From positions 70,102,587-70,166,586 of the forward strand of contig NC_058132.1 of the NCBI RefSeq assembly GCF_016433145.1: a DNA stretch of 64,000 bases. The letters run 5' to 3'. This document shows positions 1-12,828 of this stretch, piece after piece (the first letter of the stretch is position 1; each line of letters opens with the position of its first letter). Position numbers and translations under genes: made by a program. This stretch comes from Gracilinanus agilis (lineage: Eukaryota). Under the pieces are notes generated by a model. That model had not been told where the DNA came from and ran no database searches. It was given only the letters and a program-made list of their open reading frames with translations.

Positions 1-649
1 TCACTCAATCCCCATTGCCTAGCCCTTATGACTCTTCTACCTTGAAACCAATAGACAGTATTAATTATAAGATGGAAGTTAAAGGTTTAAAAAAAAAAAG
101 AATCAAGAGCTAGGAAGTATCTAAGGCCAAATTTGAACTCAGGACCTCCCATCTCTAGGCCTGGCTCCTAATCTACTAAGTCACCTAGTTGCTCCTAGTT
201 GGATAAAATTTAGTAAATATAAATGGCGAGTCCTGAATTTGGGTTCAAAAAATCAATAGCAAAAGTACAGAATGGGAAAAGGTAGCTACAAAGCAGTTCA
301 TATGAAAAAAGTCTAAGGTCTCATTGGTCAGCACTGTGATGTGTCAGACAAATGAGCTAATGTAATATTAGGCAGTGGTAACAGAAATAGTATAAAGAGC
401 AAAATAGGTGATAATTAACAAGCATTTATTATGAACCTGCTATGTGTCAGATACTAAGCCAAGCCCTGGGGTTACAAAGAAGGGCAAAAAACAGTCTCTG
501 TCCTTGAGGAGCTCAGTCAAATGGGGGAGGCAACATGAAAACTGCAGAAACAAGACATAGTATTAATTGCAGATAATCAGAAAATTAGATCATACATAGC
601 ATTAAGGGAATGGTGGGGGTCAAGAAAGGCTTCTTCTTGAAAATGTGAT

Positions 650-890
650 TTATCACTTGCTTATCTTATCTGGGTATCGGATTTAGAGTTTTGGTTTTAA
701 AGGATTGCTCTTTTATGAAAATGAGTAATATGGAAATGGGTACTAGTGATTATATATATATATACATATATATATATATGTATATGTATGTATAACACAG
801 TGGAATTGCTTGTCAACTCCAGGACAGGGGAGGAAGAAAACATGAATCATGTAACCATAGAAAAAATTTAAAAATTTAAAAATAAAAAAC
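650..890 (+). mobile_element. L1 3' end remnant (marsupial type) with internal (TA)n
   Basis: ...cagtggaattgcttgtcaactcc...catgaatcatgtaaccatagaaaaa + A-rich tail resembles opossum L1 3' UTRs. Confidence 0.7.
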
Positions 891-1141
891 AAAAGGCTTC
901 TTGTTTTTTTTAACTCTTATTTCTATTTATTTATTTATTTATCTGTTCATTTACTTATTTATTTGTTTATTATTTATTTATAAACCCTTATTTATTCTTA
1001 GTAACAACTCTAAGATAGAAGGGGAAAGGCTTGGCAAATGAGGTTGAGACTTGTCCAGGGTCCCACAGCTAGGAAGTATCTGAGGCCAAATTCAAACTCA
1101 GGACCTTTTGGAATTCTATCCACTATGCTACCTGGCTGCCC

Positions 1142-2000
1142 ACAAGAAGGGTGTCTTGTAGATGGTGGAATTTTAGCTGGGACTTGAAGGAAGCCAGAAA
1201 GGCCAGAAAGGGAAAAGGATTTCAAACATGGTGCACAGCTAGTGAAAATACTAGGAGTCAGGAGAGGAGACGGAACGTCTTGTTTGAGAAACAGAAGGGA
1301 GACCAGGGTCACTGCATGGCCAAATCTGTGGGGAGTGAAGAGTAGGTTATGAAAGTCTTTGAAGGGCAGAGAATTTTCTATTTGATTCTGGGGGTGATAT
1401 GGAGCCACTGGGAGTTTGCCGAATGGTGGTGGTGAGGGAGGTTGACATGGGCATACCCATGCTTTAGGGCAATCTTGGAAGATGGATTGGAGTGTAGAGA
1501 GATGAGGCTTAGGGACCAAACAGTGGGCTATTGCAGTAGTCCATATTTGAGGTGATGAGAGCCTGGAACAGGATGGGAGCAAAGTCACAGGAAAGGGACG
1601 GTATACAAGAGATGTTACAAAGGTAAAAATGATAGCACTTGGAAACTGGACGTGGTGAGAGTGAAGAGTTGAGGATGACACTTAGGTGGCAAGCCTGGAG
1701 GACCAGGAGGATGTTGGTGCCCTTAACTGCAATAGGAAAGTTAAAAAGAGGGGAGGGCTTGGAGGGAAAGATAATGAGTTCAGGTTTGGACACAATGAAT
1801 ATTCAAAATGTCTACAGGACATCCAGTTTGAGATATCTGAAAGGCAGTTGGAGATGCGAGACTGGAGGTCAGCAGAGAGGTGAGGGCTGGATATGTAGAT
1901 CTGGGAATCATCAGCATAGAGATGATAATTGAATCCATGGGAACTGATGAGATCACCAAAGGAAATAGAATAGAGGGAGAAGAAAAGAGGGCGAAGCCCA
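1142..2000 (-). mobile_element. L2 LINE remnant (ORF2 C-terminus/3' end)
   Basis: ORF 1509..1793 reads SKPELIIFP...[10 protein letters not shown]...QALITSNMDYCNS, matching the L2 ORF2 motifs SKTELIIFP / LGVILDSSL / QALITSRLDYCNS. Confidence 0.85.
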
Positions 2001-2480
2001 AGACAAAGCCCTGTATGTTCAGATCACATCTGGAATGTTCAGTTTGGTTACAGGACGTCATATTTCAGGAGGGTCATTTGACAAACACATATAGAAGGGC
2101 CACTCAGATGGTACAGTCATGCCATGTGAAGACTAATGGGAGGAACTAGAAATGTTTAGTCTGGAGGAAAGACTTGGGAGGACAGGATGATAAATCTTCA
2201 AGTACCTGAAGGGCGGTCACATGGGCAGAGAGCTATAATATGGAAGCAAGGATTAAATTTTTTATTGCTTGGTCTCCAGAGGGAAGAATGAAGAACATGA
2301 GGTCTGAGTTATAGGGAAGCAATTTTTGGCTCCAATAAAGGGGGAAAAACTTCTTCAGCAATTAGAGCCGTCTAAAACTAAAACTAAGGTTGTCTCTGTA
2401 TAAACGGTGACTTCCCCATCAATGGAAATTGTTAACCACAGGCCTGAGTGGAGATCTCACTTTTAAGTTTAGTTGTTGGG
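2000..2480 (+). mobile_element. L3/CR1 3' remnant
   Basis: cagatcacatctgga...gtttagtctggagga...tcttcaagtacctgaagggc...aattagagccgtc match the CR1/L3 3' consensus. Confidence 0.75.
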
Positions 2481-5400
2481 ATGGCTTTCTTTACATCAAG
2501 CCCAGATCTGCCTCTCCATCACTTCTACCCATTGTTGCAAATCCTGTTCTCTGGGACTAACCAGAAAGCCTAAATCTACCTTCCACACGATGCAAGAAGG
2601 ATCTGTGATTTTTGTCAGCTTGTTGAACTCCTAATTGGGAGATCCCTTTGCCCAAGCAGGTTAAAATCCCAAACCAACTCTAAGCGAGGTCCATTTTGCC
2701 TTTCTTTTGTTCTCTGGTGCTTAGCACAGTGCTTCAATCATAGTGAACACTAAAATGATGCTTGACTGACATGATTAGGTGACTTGCCCAAAGCCACAAA
2801 GCTAAAGTGTATTAAAAGCAAGATTTGAACTCAAAATGTTCAATTCTAAGCCTAGAATTCTACTCACTATTTGGCAGTTTTTCTTTCATTTTAAAAGGGA
2901 TATAAATCGATATTTTATTTTACTTTCAGAACATATCAACATTAAGAACAAGAATAAACTGTTTATGCATAAAGACTGTCAATGGTGGACACATTCATAG
3001 GGAAGGTCAGGGGAAGAAAGAATATCCCGTTACTCTTGCCTGTATCTGCTCCACAGATGGGGACTGAATGTTCTAAATGGGTTCGCCTCTCACTCCATTG
3101 GTTCACAACATTCTGTGGCCTTCTACCTCTTTGTAAAATTCCTCCTTTACAATGTGCATCCTGGATCTTTGTCCTGGACACATAGTGAAGCTCACAAGGG
3201 AAATCAGAGAATGTAAATGAAATTCAAAGGGACAAGGTTTTAGAGACACACCAAAGGCCAGCCTAAGTCACAATATCCAACCAGAGCTCGTGGGCTTGTG
3301 CATCCTTTAGATTGGTAGCGCACCTTCTTTTTTATGGACTTCAAGCCCATACAAGTGGGATATTTCGTTCAATATACTTCAGTTCATACGAAACATTTCC
3401 TAGAGCTGAAGAACATTTTTGTGCTAAAGAACAAATTAGATCTTCTTTAAGCTTCTCATTTTATGCATTGTTTCTTTTGTCTTTTTCTTTTTAGCTTTTT
3501 ATTATTTTATTTTTTCCCTCAATTACATATAAATCCAATTTGAACCTTTGGTTTTTGAAAAATCTAAGTCAAAAAATCCATCTTTCTCCCTCACTTTCCT
3601 CCCTCCTCTCTGGGACAGCAAGCAATCTGATAGAGATTTTACTTGCATCCAATTGCTTCAAATATCTCTCCAGCTTGTCAACAACCTGCTCCTAAGCTAC
3701 AGTGATTGGATCCAGAGAGAGCAGAAGTGCTGTTTGTTCCTGGCTCATGTCTTTCAGGTTTCTGCAAGTGATTGCAGCAACATCTTCCATTTCTAGAAAC
3801 TTCACATGGGTCAATCCATTCTTATTTTCCAGAAGTTTATTGTCTTGGCTGGTAGCTGCCAGCTTGCCACTTGGGAGAATGTGTTCTGGCGGTCTTGTGA
3901 TGCCAGTCTCCATAGGCTTGGCAGCCTCCTTGGTTGCCTCCACCACAGCATCATCTAAGTAAAAGAAGGGAGGGAAATGGAAGAAAGGAGAGAGACGGGG
4001 ACGTAGTGGAAGAGCTAGAAAGGGGGATAGAGGAGGGAAGGGCAAAAAGATGGGGAAGGACAACACGATAGTCTTTCAAAAATGTGCAGATATCTCTCAT
4101 CCTGCTTATGCCTTCTCTTCCTTAAAGTAAACAACCCTAACTTCTTCCCCTTGACCTTTACCTACTGAAGAATGGCTGGAAGTGAATCAATGTTCTAGAA
4201 GCCATCATTGGGCTACCTATATAATTTTCTCTCTGGTAATGAGGTTTCTGATGATAACACATCTGTAGAATGCTATTAACATCACCAGAGGTCTTGCTAT
4301 ACAAGTTTAGTTATAAATTCATGACTTGGTTAGAGACTAGACAACATGATGAAGTCCCTATGAACTCTGACTTCTATCAGCAGTTTTGTAATTACTCTAA
4401 CACAATATTAAAAAGAGCTTAGGCCTTCATAGTCTTGGGATGCCACTGGACACCTAGATGTCTCCTGTTCTCTTTGTCATCTAGTTTTGTTTGTTTTTCA
4501 TAGTGAGATTCTAATTATTAGGTTTCAATAAACGAAATGCTGTTCTTGGTCAGACCTGCCTCAGTTGAGGCCTGATTGTCTGAATGGAACTACTTGTCTT
4601 GTCTTCACCGGCCTTGGGCTATAGAGCTGTCTCTTGGCCAGGTCTCTAGGAGGTATTGTGTAACCACCTTCTCAATGGAAACATTTCCTCTTGGGTAACT
4701 ACCAGGGATGCTGAAGAAGTACCTGAATAGAGTAATAAAGTAATAAATAAAGAATAAAGTAATAAAGTAAGGAGCAATTAATCTGAAGGTGGAACCAGGG
4801 ATAGTAAGGTGTACCCCAGACCCCTCAACTCTGAAATAGGAGGTCTGCACTGAGGGAAAAGATGTGGCTTCCACATATACCATCAATGCTGTGGGAATTT
4901 GGGCAAATCACTGTAGTAGATTCCTTTTATGACTGAAGGTTGTTTCAAGGTAATATCATCTGTGGAAAAGTACAAAGAACACAGGATGAGTCAATAGACC
5001 TGGCATTTAGTCTTAACTTTGTAGTCGACTAGCTGAGTGACCGTGGGCAATTTACTTCATCTAACCAGGCCTCTATTTTCTCGTCTGTAAAACAAGGGAG
5101 TAGAAATAGATGACCTCTTAAGTTGCTTCCAGCTCTGATGTTCTACATTTTGATGCTGGATTTTAAGCTAGAAGGGAATTTAAGAGGCCATCTGGTCTAG
5201 CCCCCACATTTCACAGATGAAGAAAATGAGGCTTGGAGAGTTTCAGTGACTTTCCTGTAGCCACACTGGGAGTTAAGTGGTGGGATTTGAACTCACTTCT
5301 GACTTCAAGTCCATAACTCTTTCCATTGAATTATTGTTACTTCTGATGGGTTTAGAAAACCAAGATTCCTAATTTAAAAAAAAAAAACAAAAACCTTACC

Positions 5401-5689
5401 TTCCATCTTAGAATCAATATTGTGTATTGGTTCTAAGGTAGAAGAGCAGGAAGGACTAGGCAAAAGGGGTTAGGTGACTTGCCCAGGGTCACCCAGCTAG
5501 GAAGTGTCTGAGGTCAGATTGGAACCAGGGCCTCCCATCTCTAGGCCTGACTCTCAATCCACTGAGCCACCCACCTGCCCCTAAGATCCTTAATTTTAAA
5601 GGCAACTTCCATCTCGAGCTTGAAGTAAGTTCTTAATTAGAGGAGCCATCTGCTGCTTTTTTGATAGCCTTCATGGCGGCAGATAAAAG

Positions 5690-7030
5690 AATTTGGAGTC
5701 AGGAATCACTAAATTTAGATAGCTTTTTCTCAGTCCTAATCATTCTTAGCTTCTTTCTCAACTTTGACTCTGTTATCTGCTCTTCTCCTGGACATTTCTT
5801 CTTGGTTCTCCTCCTGATTCTTCTTACTCAATGGCCATTGCTGGATCATCACTCATAGCCTACTCCCTAACCAAACACAGGGATCCTCCAAAGCTATTTC
5901 TCTCTAGGTCATCTCGTCACCTCTTATAAGTTCAATCATCTCCATGTAGATGACTCCTATATCTATGTATCTAGTCCTATTTATTCCCTCTTCCCAGCAT
6001 TAGTCTTATGTGGCCAACTATATTTCCAACTAGATGCCCATATGCATTTCAAAATCATGTCCATCTTCTTTTGAATGCAGTCCTCATCCTAACTTCCCTG
6101 TGTCTACTGAGCACACCTCCATCTTTCCAGTTGAGCCAAGTATACAGCCTTCGAGGTTGTCCTTGAATCTTCACTTTTGCTCCCCCTCCACGTCCAGTTA
6201 CCAGGTCTTGTCAATTTCACTTTGTCCCCTGTCCCCAACATGTTTTCTCCTCTTTCTAAACACCAGGCACAATGCCTAGGAAACATTAAGTGCTTACTAA
6301 ATGCTTATTTTATTTTTGAAACCTTACCTTCAGCCTTAGAATCAATACTATGTATCTGTTCCAAGGCAGAAAATCCATAAGAACTAGGCAATGGAAGTTA
6401 AGTGACTTGCCCAGAGTCACACAGCTAAAAAGTATCTGAGGCCAGATTTGAACCCAGGAACTTCTGACTCTGGGCCTGGTTCTCAATCCACTGAGTCCTC
6501 TCACTGCACGTTCCAACCCATTCTTGACAGTTAGCAAACTGATATTACTAAAAAATCTCACCACATATTGTCTATGATTATAACTTGACTCCTGCAAAGG
6601 CCTAGAGGGGCACAATTGTCTCCCATGCTGAGTTGGTGCTTCCTCTTCATTTTTGCCTTTTATAATCCCTAGCTTCTTTCAAGGCACTGTTTAAAGACTA
6701 TCTTCTAGACAAGAGGTTTCTCCTGGTCCTTCCCCTTACTCCCCCAGATATCAGGGCCTCCTCTCTTCCAAACAATCCCTCTCCTTGGGGGTGAACCTGG
6801 ATCCCAGGGCCACTCTTTCTGATGAATCCATTATTCTTTCTATCTGTCTTCCAGCTTTGCTTATTCCCATTTTTTTCCTGTAAAATTTTCTCAGTGTTTT
6901 GTATCTACTTACCAGTGTACATATCATTCCTCCCAATAGAATGGAAGCTCCCTGGAGGCAGGAACCATTTCATGTTCATCTTTGTCTCTCCAGGATTTAG
7001 AATATAGAAATTACTTTTAATAGGCACTTG
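5690..7030 (+). mobile_element. L2 remnant with degenerate RT YADD motif, interrupted by a SINE (6316-6505)
   Basis: 5928-5978 translates KFNHLHVDDSYIYVSSP (cf. L2 [18 protein letters not shown]); L2 3' end near 6950-7030. Confidence 0.75.
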
Positions 7031-8460
7031 TTAAAGGAATAATAATGGAAGAATGGTTCAAACCCCACTTCTGATAAACAAGTTACATGACTTATAGGAA
7101 AATCTATTTGAACCTTAGTGTCTGCATCTGTAAAGTAGGAATAATACTGTAGGGAAGTGCCTGGCACATAGTAGGTACTTAATAAATGTTTACTGATTGG
7201 CTGTAGTTCCTACCTTAGGAGGTTATGAGGCTTAAATGAAAATGTCTGTAAGTCTATGTAAGATTGAAAGCATTATTTACAGGTCAAGCAGTATAATCAC
7301 TATTATTCTACAATGACATTTTGGATTAAGTACCCCAAAGTGGTATCACAGTGAGTCTCCCAGCCTTTTATCCTCCACAGCCAATTATTGCAACTTTTTT
7401 TTGGGGGGGGGGCAGGGGGAGAAGGAGGGTGAACCCACCAATCTCCAGGTCTTAACAGAACCATTTCTTTGTCCTCTTCAATCTGTTTGACATTTGATCC
7501 ATGTACAAGCAGATTTTCTTTTTAAAACAAAGGCACAGGCAATGATATCATATAGTCATGAATTTAGAGCTAGAGGTAAACTCAGAAGTCTAGTACAATC
7601 CCCTTTTATACCAATAAGGAAACTGAAGCCAAGAAGCTAAGTGATCTCCCCAACATCCCACAGGGAATAAGAAGCAGAAGTGGGATTGAAACCCAGATCC
7701 TCTTATTTCTACCTTACCATGAAGTCTTTCTTCTGATTCTTATTCCTATTGCTTGTCCTGTAAAATGGTCTCAATTTCTTTATAATCTTTATATTTGTAA
7801 TTTCTTAACTCTATTATAATACTCTGTTGCATTGATGTTTAGCCTTTCCTCAACTATAAGCCTTTTAGGTTGTTTCTGGTTTTTTGTTTTTTAAATTTAT
7901 AATGAATATTATAAATATCTTTACATAGAGTATTTTAAAAAACATTCCTGGGGCATATAATTTATAATGGGATTATTGGTTAAACATATAATTATTTTAG
8001 TAACTATTACAGGTGTATTAACAGATTACTATCCAAAGTAATTCTAATGTGCAATTCTACCACTATGCATAAGTATACCTGTATCTCCACAATATCACCA
8101 GTACTGAATTGTCATTTTTTGTTTATATTTGTTAATTTGCTGCATGTGAAGTTTTATTAGCATTGTTTCAATTAGGATTTTCTTTATTAAAGAGGTTAAC
8201 ACTTCCAAATCTTACTGATGCCATGTATTTTAGGTCATTTGCTCATAACCTCCCTACCTCCCAATGAATACTTCCTTTTAACAAAGAAAAAATAAAGTCC
8301 AAATAGCATATTTGGACCAAAGAGCCTATATTTGTAGACCCCCTGTCCCATCTCCCATTCCCCTCTATTTTTACCAAAATTTTATTTCTTCAAGTTGTCC
8401 AGGATGGAAACTGGTCAAACTAATATTTTTCCAAGTGATTATTTGCAATGTGGGTATGTT

Positions 8461-8662
8461 TTTTTTTTTTAAATCTTTACCTTCTGTCTTGGAGTCAATA
8501 CTCTGTATGGCTCCAAGGCAGAAGAGTGGTAAGGGTAGGCAATGGGGGTCAAGTGACTTGCCCAGGGTCACACAGGTGGGAAGTGTTTGAGGCCAGATTT
8601 GAACCCAGGACCTCCCATCTCTAGACCTGGCTCTCAATCCACTGAGCTACCCAGCTGCCCCC
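8461..8662 (-). mobile_element. SINE1_Mdo-like SINE with TSD
   Basis: Full-length copy; flanks tgtgggtatgtt (8449-8460) / tgtgggtgtgct (8663-8674). Confidence 0.9.
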
Positions 8663-11039
8663 TGTGGGTGTGCTTTTTAATAAACTGTTTTGTGTCTTTC
8701 AAGTGTTGATCTCCTAGGGAACAGATAGGTGATAATTATGTAATCCTGGCCAAGGAAGGCCGATAATGTCAGGGAGAAGAAAAGGGATTGTGGCCATGGA
8801 AGGTTAGCAGCACCTCACTCTGGTCTCCGTTTTATGCCTTGAACCCAGTGACCTGAGTAGTATAACAATACTACTAAGGAAGTTTTATTTTCTCACTCTG
8901 ACTGGTCAGGAAGTAGCAGAACTGTCCTAAGGAATCATCTGGCCAGTATTTCTCATCAGCTCCGAAGAATTCAACTCTCTGTATCCTGGGTTGTTAAATT
9001 CTGAGTTCCTTTGGAAGGAAGCCATCTATACAAACTCTAAAGTGGGGGACTTCTGCCCTCCCCCTCTCAGACCTCAAATTGGCCTGAGACGACCAAGCTT
9101 TGCTCCTCCTGTTATGGCCTCCACCGCCCACATTACCCTGTGGACAGCCAGATGAGGGGCAAGAGTCAAAGCTCTGCTGTAGGCAGGTATTGGTTGGGTG
9201 GAACTTTTTCCTAGAGTCAATCTTGTAAAAGAAGGGGCCTGAAGATGGAAAAAAAAGGCTTCCTTTCTCCCCATGAATGGGGGATTTGCTAACACAGCTT
9301 TTGGAAGTAGATCACTCTGGAGCCCCGGAAATCAGCTGTGAGTAGATGTGGAGCTCTGCTGTATAATTTGGTGACCCTAAAACAGGGTTTTTAAGAAAAT
9401 GGGAGTCAGGACTACCCTGCCTCTTAATAACCAATTGCCTGTAAATAGCTGACTAGAGTCTGAGCCTTTATCAGAACAGGGCTTCAAACTCTATTGCCAG
9501 AGAAGCATGATCTACATACACAAAGAGATGGCCTTCAGATGCATCTTCAGGTTATTAAGCAGGGGAAAAAAAACCAAATGGAAACAATCAACCACCCAGC
9601 GACCACCTGAAAAAGAAGGCTGGCTCTTTAAGTGCCAACAGTATTAACTGCTAGAGGCTGCGAAAGTCATAAAGGGAAATTAACTGAAAACCAGAAATGC
9701 CATTATTCATTTGGGGGCCATCTATCTCTCCCAAAGTAAGGGATACAATTTACATCCTCTGGGGAAGCTTTATACTAAAATCTTTATTTCCCAGGACCTG
9801 GAATTACATTCTCTTTACACCCTAACTACTGTTACCATTCCCTGTTCTCCATCACCACACAGGAGGCTCCCTCAAGGCCTGGAGAAGTCAGAAACAGGAG
9901 GAATGGGCTAGGAACAGGGAAGGGATCTTGGCTGTGTTTTCTCCTTTCTGTTGACAAAATCAGGGGTCGACAGCCTTTAAAAAAATCATTGTGTTATGAT
10001 TCTGGTCCTTCTTCTGTCAATGAAAACATTTGACAACTTAAGAGGGGGTGGGGGAGGTGGGAAGGAAGCTGGGTTGACAGGTGACACTGGCTGGGACACA
10101 GCCACAGAGGTGCCCTGTGTCTGGGCCAGACTCTTATAAAGCCAACAGGATAGTCAGGGCAAGAGAGACTTGTGAAAACAGTTGAGATGGCCCAGGAGGG
10201 GGAAAGTTTGGTGACAAGTTTGTTTGGGTCCTATGTTCTGTAGATTGGAAATTCCTACTCCAGGGTAACAGCCTTTCCTTTAGCTCTAGAGCTGTCAGTG
10301 TACTGGATTTCCCAGCTTTTCATATGAAGATAGGCAAAATTAATCCTCTCGAGATGGGTTTGCACTGTGAGGGCCCCTTATTTCCAGGGCCATGCAAGTG
10401 ATGAAGCTTGTCAGAAGGTCATTGTGACATTCTTCTCTACCTTTCAGAGCTGTGAGGAAAGCCCTCAAAGCACTCCAGAAATGTGGGTTATTGATCCTCC
10501 TTGTGTCTGAGCCAGGGACCAGCATGCATCAGCAGTGGCCACTGAGACACCTATTGGCATTTCAGGAAAACAGGAGCATTAATAAACTGGAATCACATAA
10601 GGCACCGGAACAATGATGTCAGCAAATTTTATCTCCATGAAATTGGGTTTCCAAGCCAAACGATACCCTTCCTAATGAGAGTGGCTCCCTTGAGTTTGCC
10701 AGTCATGGGGAGAGTAGCCAATGAAAAGGGATAGTGGCAGGTCTCAGCAGCCCCATTCAAAACCCTGAGCAAGTATGAGGGAACTTTTATATATTGCCTC
10801 ATGGCTGTTCAGCTTCCAACAGGTGAGAAGAATTTGGTCACTGACAAATTTTCTGGACTTTTTCCTGGTCATTTTCATGGGTTAGACTAAACCTCCCCAA
10901 TACACAGAGAAGAAAAACAAAATCTAAGTCACTGGCTTCTCAGAAGCCTAGATGGATTGTATCCCTGGCCACATCACAGCTCCAGCTTTGATTTATGGTG
11001 TTCATGCTCCCAAGAAAAGACAGCAATAAATTTCATCCA

Positions 11040-11518
11040 CACAGCTCTTGTAAAAAGGTTATCTATTCATTCAGCTTTTCATAGAAAATGACTCAGAGAA
11101 ACGTTGACAGAAAATATCATACAAGCCAGTTACTGAATCAAAAAATAAAACAAAACAAAAAGCTAACATATTTTGTTCAAATTTCCTGTCCCAACCTTCT
11201 GCTTGCATTGGGAAATACACATTAATCCAATGCTGGTTCCTTAGAAGAAGTCTTGTTTTTTTGGAGAAATAAACTGAGGAAATTCGATGTCTGGTTTCTG
11301 GAGGTAAGTGGAGGTTGCTTATATTACCCTGGTCAGGATGGGATAAATATCACCTTGGAAATACAGCTATCTTAGAAAGCAAACTCATCCTCCACCTTTG
11401 GTTAGTAACGGTCTTTATCTGAAGGGAGAACCCAGTGCCCAATGCCATTCAATTAAATCCCATTTATGCAAATCCAGGTCTCAAGGACAAATAACTCTGA
11501 ATCTTCCACTTCAAATCT
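11040..11518 (-). other. SNRNP40: Probable SNRNP40 3' UTR (end uncertain)
   Basis: Unique, non-repeat sequence after the stop. Variant signals AATGAA/AATAGA at 11071-11062 are followed by a GU/U-rich stretch. The first canonical AATAAA on the minus strand is at 9788-9783. Confidence 0.4.
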
Positions 11519-11568
11519 TCACTGGATCTCTCCCATATAAAGTCTTTTGTCACTGGATGCAGAGAGAA
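11519..11568 (-). CDS. SNRNP40: SNRNP40 exon 10 coding part (ILSASSDKRLYMGEIQ*)
   Basis: Acceptor CTTTCCCCTCAG|; TGA at 11521-11519; 50 nt. Confidence 0.97.
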
Positions 11569-12724
11569 CTGAGGGGAAAGTGAACAAAGAAAAAGACAAC
11601 AGGAAACTAAGAATCAGGAAAAACTTAAGGGTTTTGACGACAAGGGCTAATTTTTATCCAAAAGTAATTTGGATTTAGCTTTAATTCTCCTCCCCTTAAT
11701 GTAAGTGATTCACAGGATGTTTTGTCTAACATTAAAAAAAAATTGCATCTTTAATGTCATTTCATATTCTGAGATGCAGGCTGGCTCACAGATTAAATCA
11801 GTGAAGTACCATTTTGTAGAAGGAAGAATCAAACTGTCTCCCAACACTAACCTTGCTTCTTCAAAGTGACCTCTACTATTGTTTAGTCATAGAATATTGG
11901 GGCATTGCCTAACTTTTCAATTCCATTTTCCAGTCCTAAAATTCTGAGAGCTAATATGCTGGAGCCTAAAAGATTATCAAAATTACAACTACTGTCCTTT
12001 TTCAGTCTGTGCTACAGCTCGCACCCCAACAGGAAGGGAAGGGTATCTATCACATCTATAGCAATGCTTGGCCAGCTATAAACCAAACACAAATCTATCC
12101 ATTAACCAGAGGGAAAAATAGATATTTTTCTTAATCCTTTATGTAAGCAAATTAGCCAATGAAAGTTTAAATGTAACTTTCATTCAATTAGATATTAAAA
12201 GATTCTCCTAAAGCAAAACAAATTTATGAAACATGGAACTAACTCAATGACTCATGGAACAAACATGACTCAGAATACTATGTAAGCTCCTTGAGGGCAA
12301 GGAGCATCTTACATTTATATTGGTGTTCTTGGCACCCACCACCATGCCTGGCACAGAGGCAGAAACTTAAGAGGTTTGCTGGTTGACTGAAGCCACCAAG
12401 TCTTCAGGGACTCCAAAACCTTTATAGTCACAAAGTGGGCTGAATAGAACAAAGGGGAGCAATTCCCACCCACCCCTTCATCCATTCTTTTGCCCCCAAC
12501 TCCACACAATATAAGTAGTATGACTTTCAATGGTACCTACAAGAAATGTTTCCATGGAAACAGAGGTAACAGTACTATACATCTTAGCCAATTCAGAGGC
12601 TACTCTTGGAATAGGAAGGAACAAGGAACACAGTCCCCAGTCCCTACTCCCACACAAAGTTGAGGTGAACATTAAACAGCCTAGCGAGCCGCTCCCCTCT
12701 CTGTTAAAGACTGCAGAAACTTAC

Positions 12725-12828
12725 TGATGGGTTCATCTGGGTGGAAGGCCACTTCATTGACTGAGCCAGCATGGCCAGGCAGCTTGTAAAGGATCCTCCT
12801 GCTTGTAGTATCCCACACATACACAAAC
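12725..12828 (-). CDS. SNRNP40: SNRNP40 exon 9 (RFVYVWDTTSRRILYKLPGHAGSVNEVAFHPDEPI)
   Basis: Inside ORF 12681..12908; acceptor TTGCAG|, donor A|GTAAGT; 104 nt; ends in phase 1. Confidence 0.98.

Noticed and set aside
1010-1793. 223-aa and 94-aa ORFs
   Set aside because: Decayed L2 ORF2/3' sequence, not host genes.
3560-3692. Reading past the orphan exon stop gives ...SIRLLAVPE..., reminiscent of the L1 ORF1 RRM motif
   Set aside because: That stretch is the antisense strand of an L1-type 3' end remnant; the similarity looks coincidental.
10044-10073. Possible G-quadruplex
   Set aside because: The last loop is 9 nt, and such motifs are common in mammalian DNA.
1-11000. NKAIN1 exons, expected downstream by mammalian synteny
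   Set aside because: No NKAIN-like coding sequence or CpG island seen; the gene probably lies outside the window.
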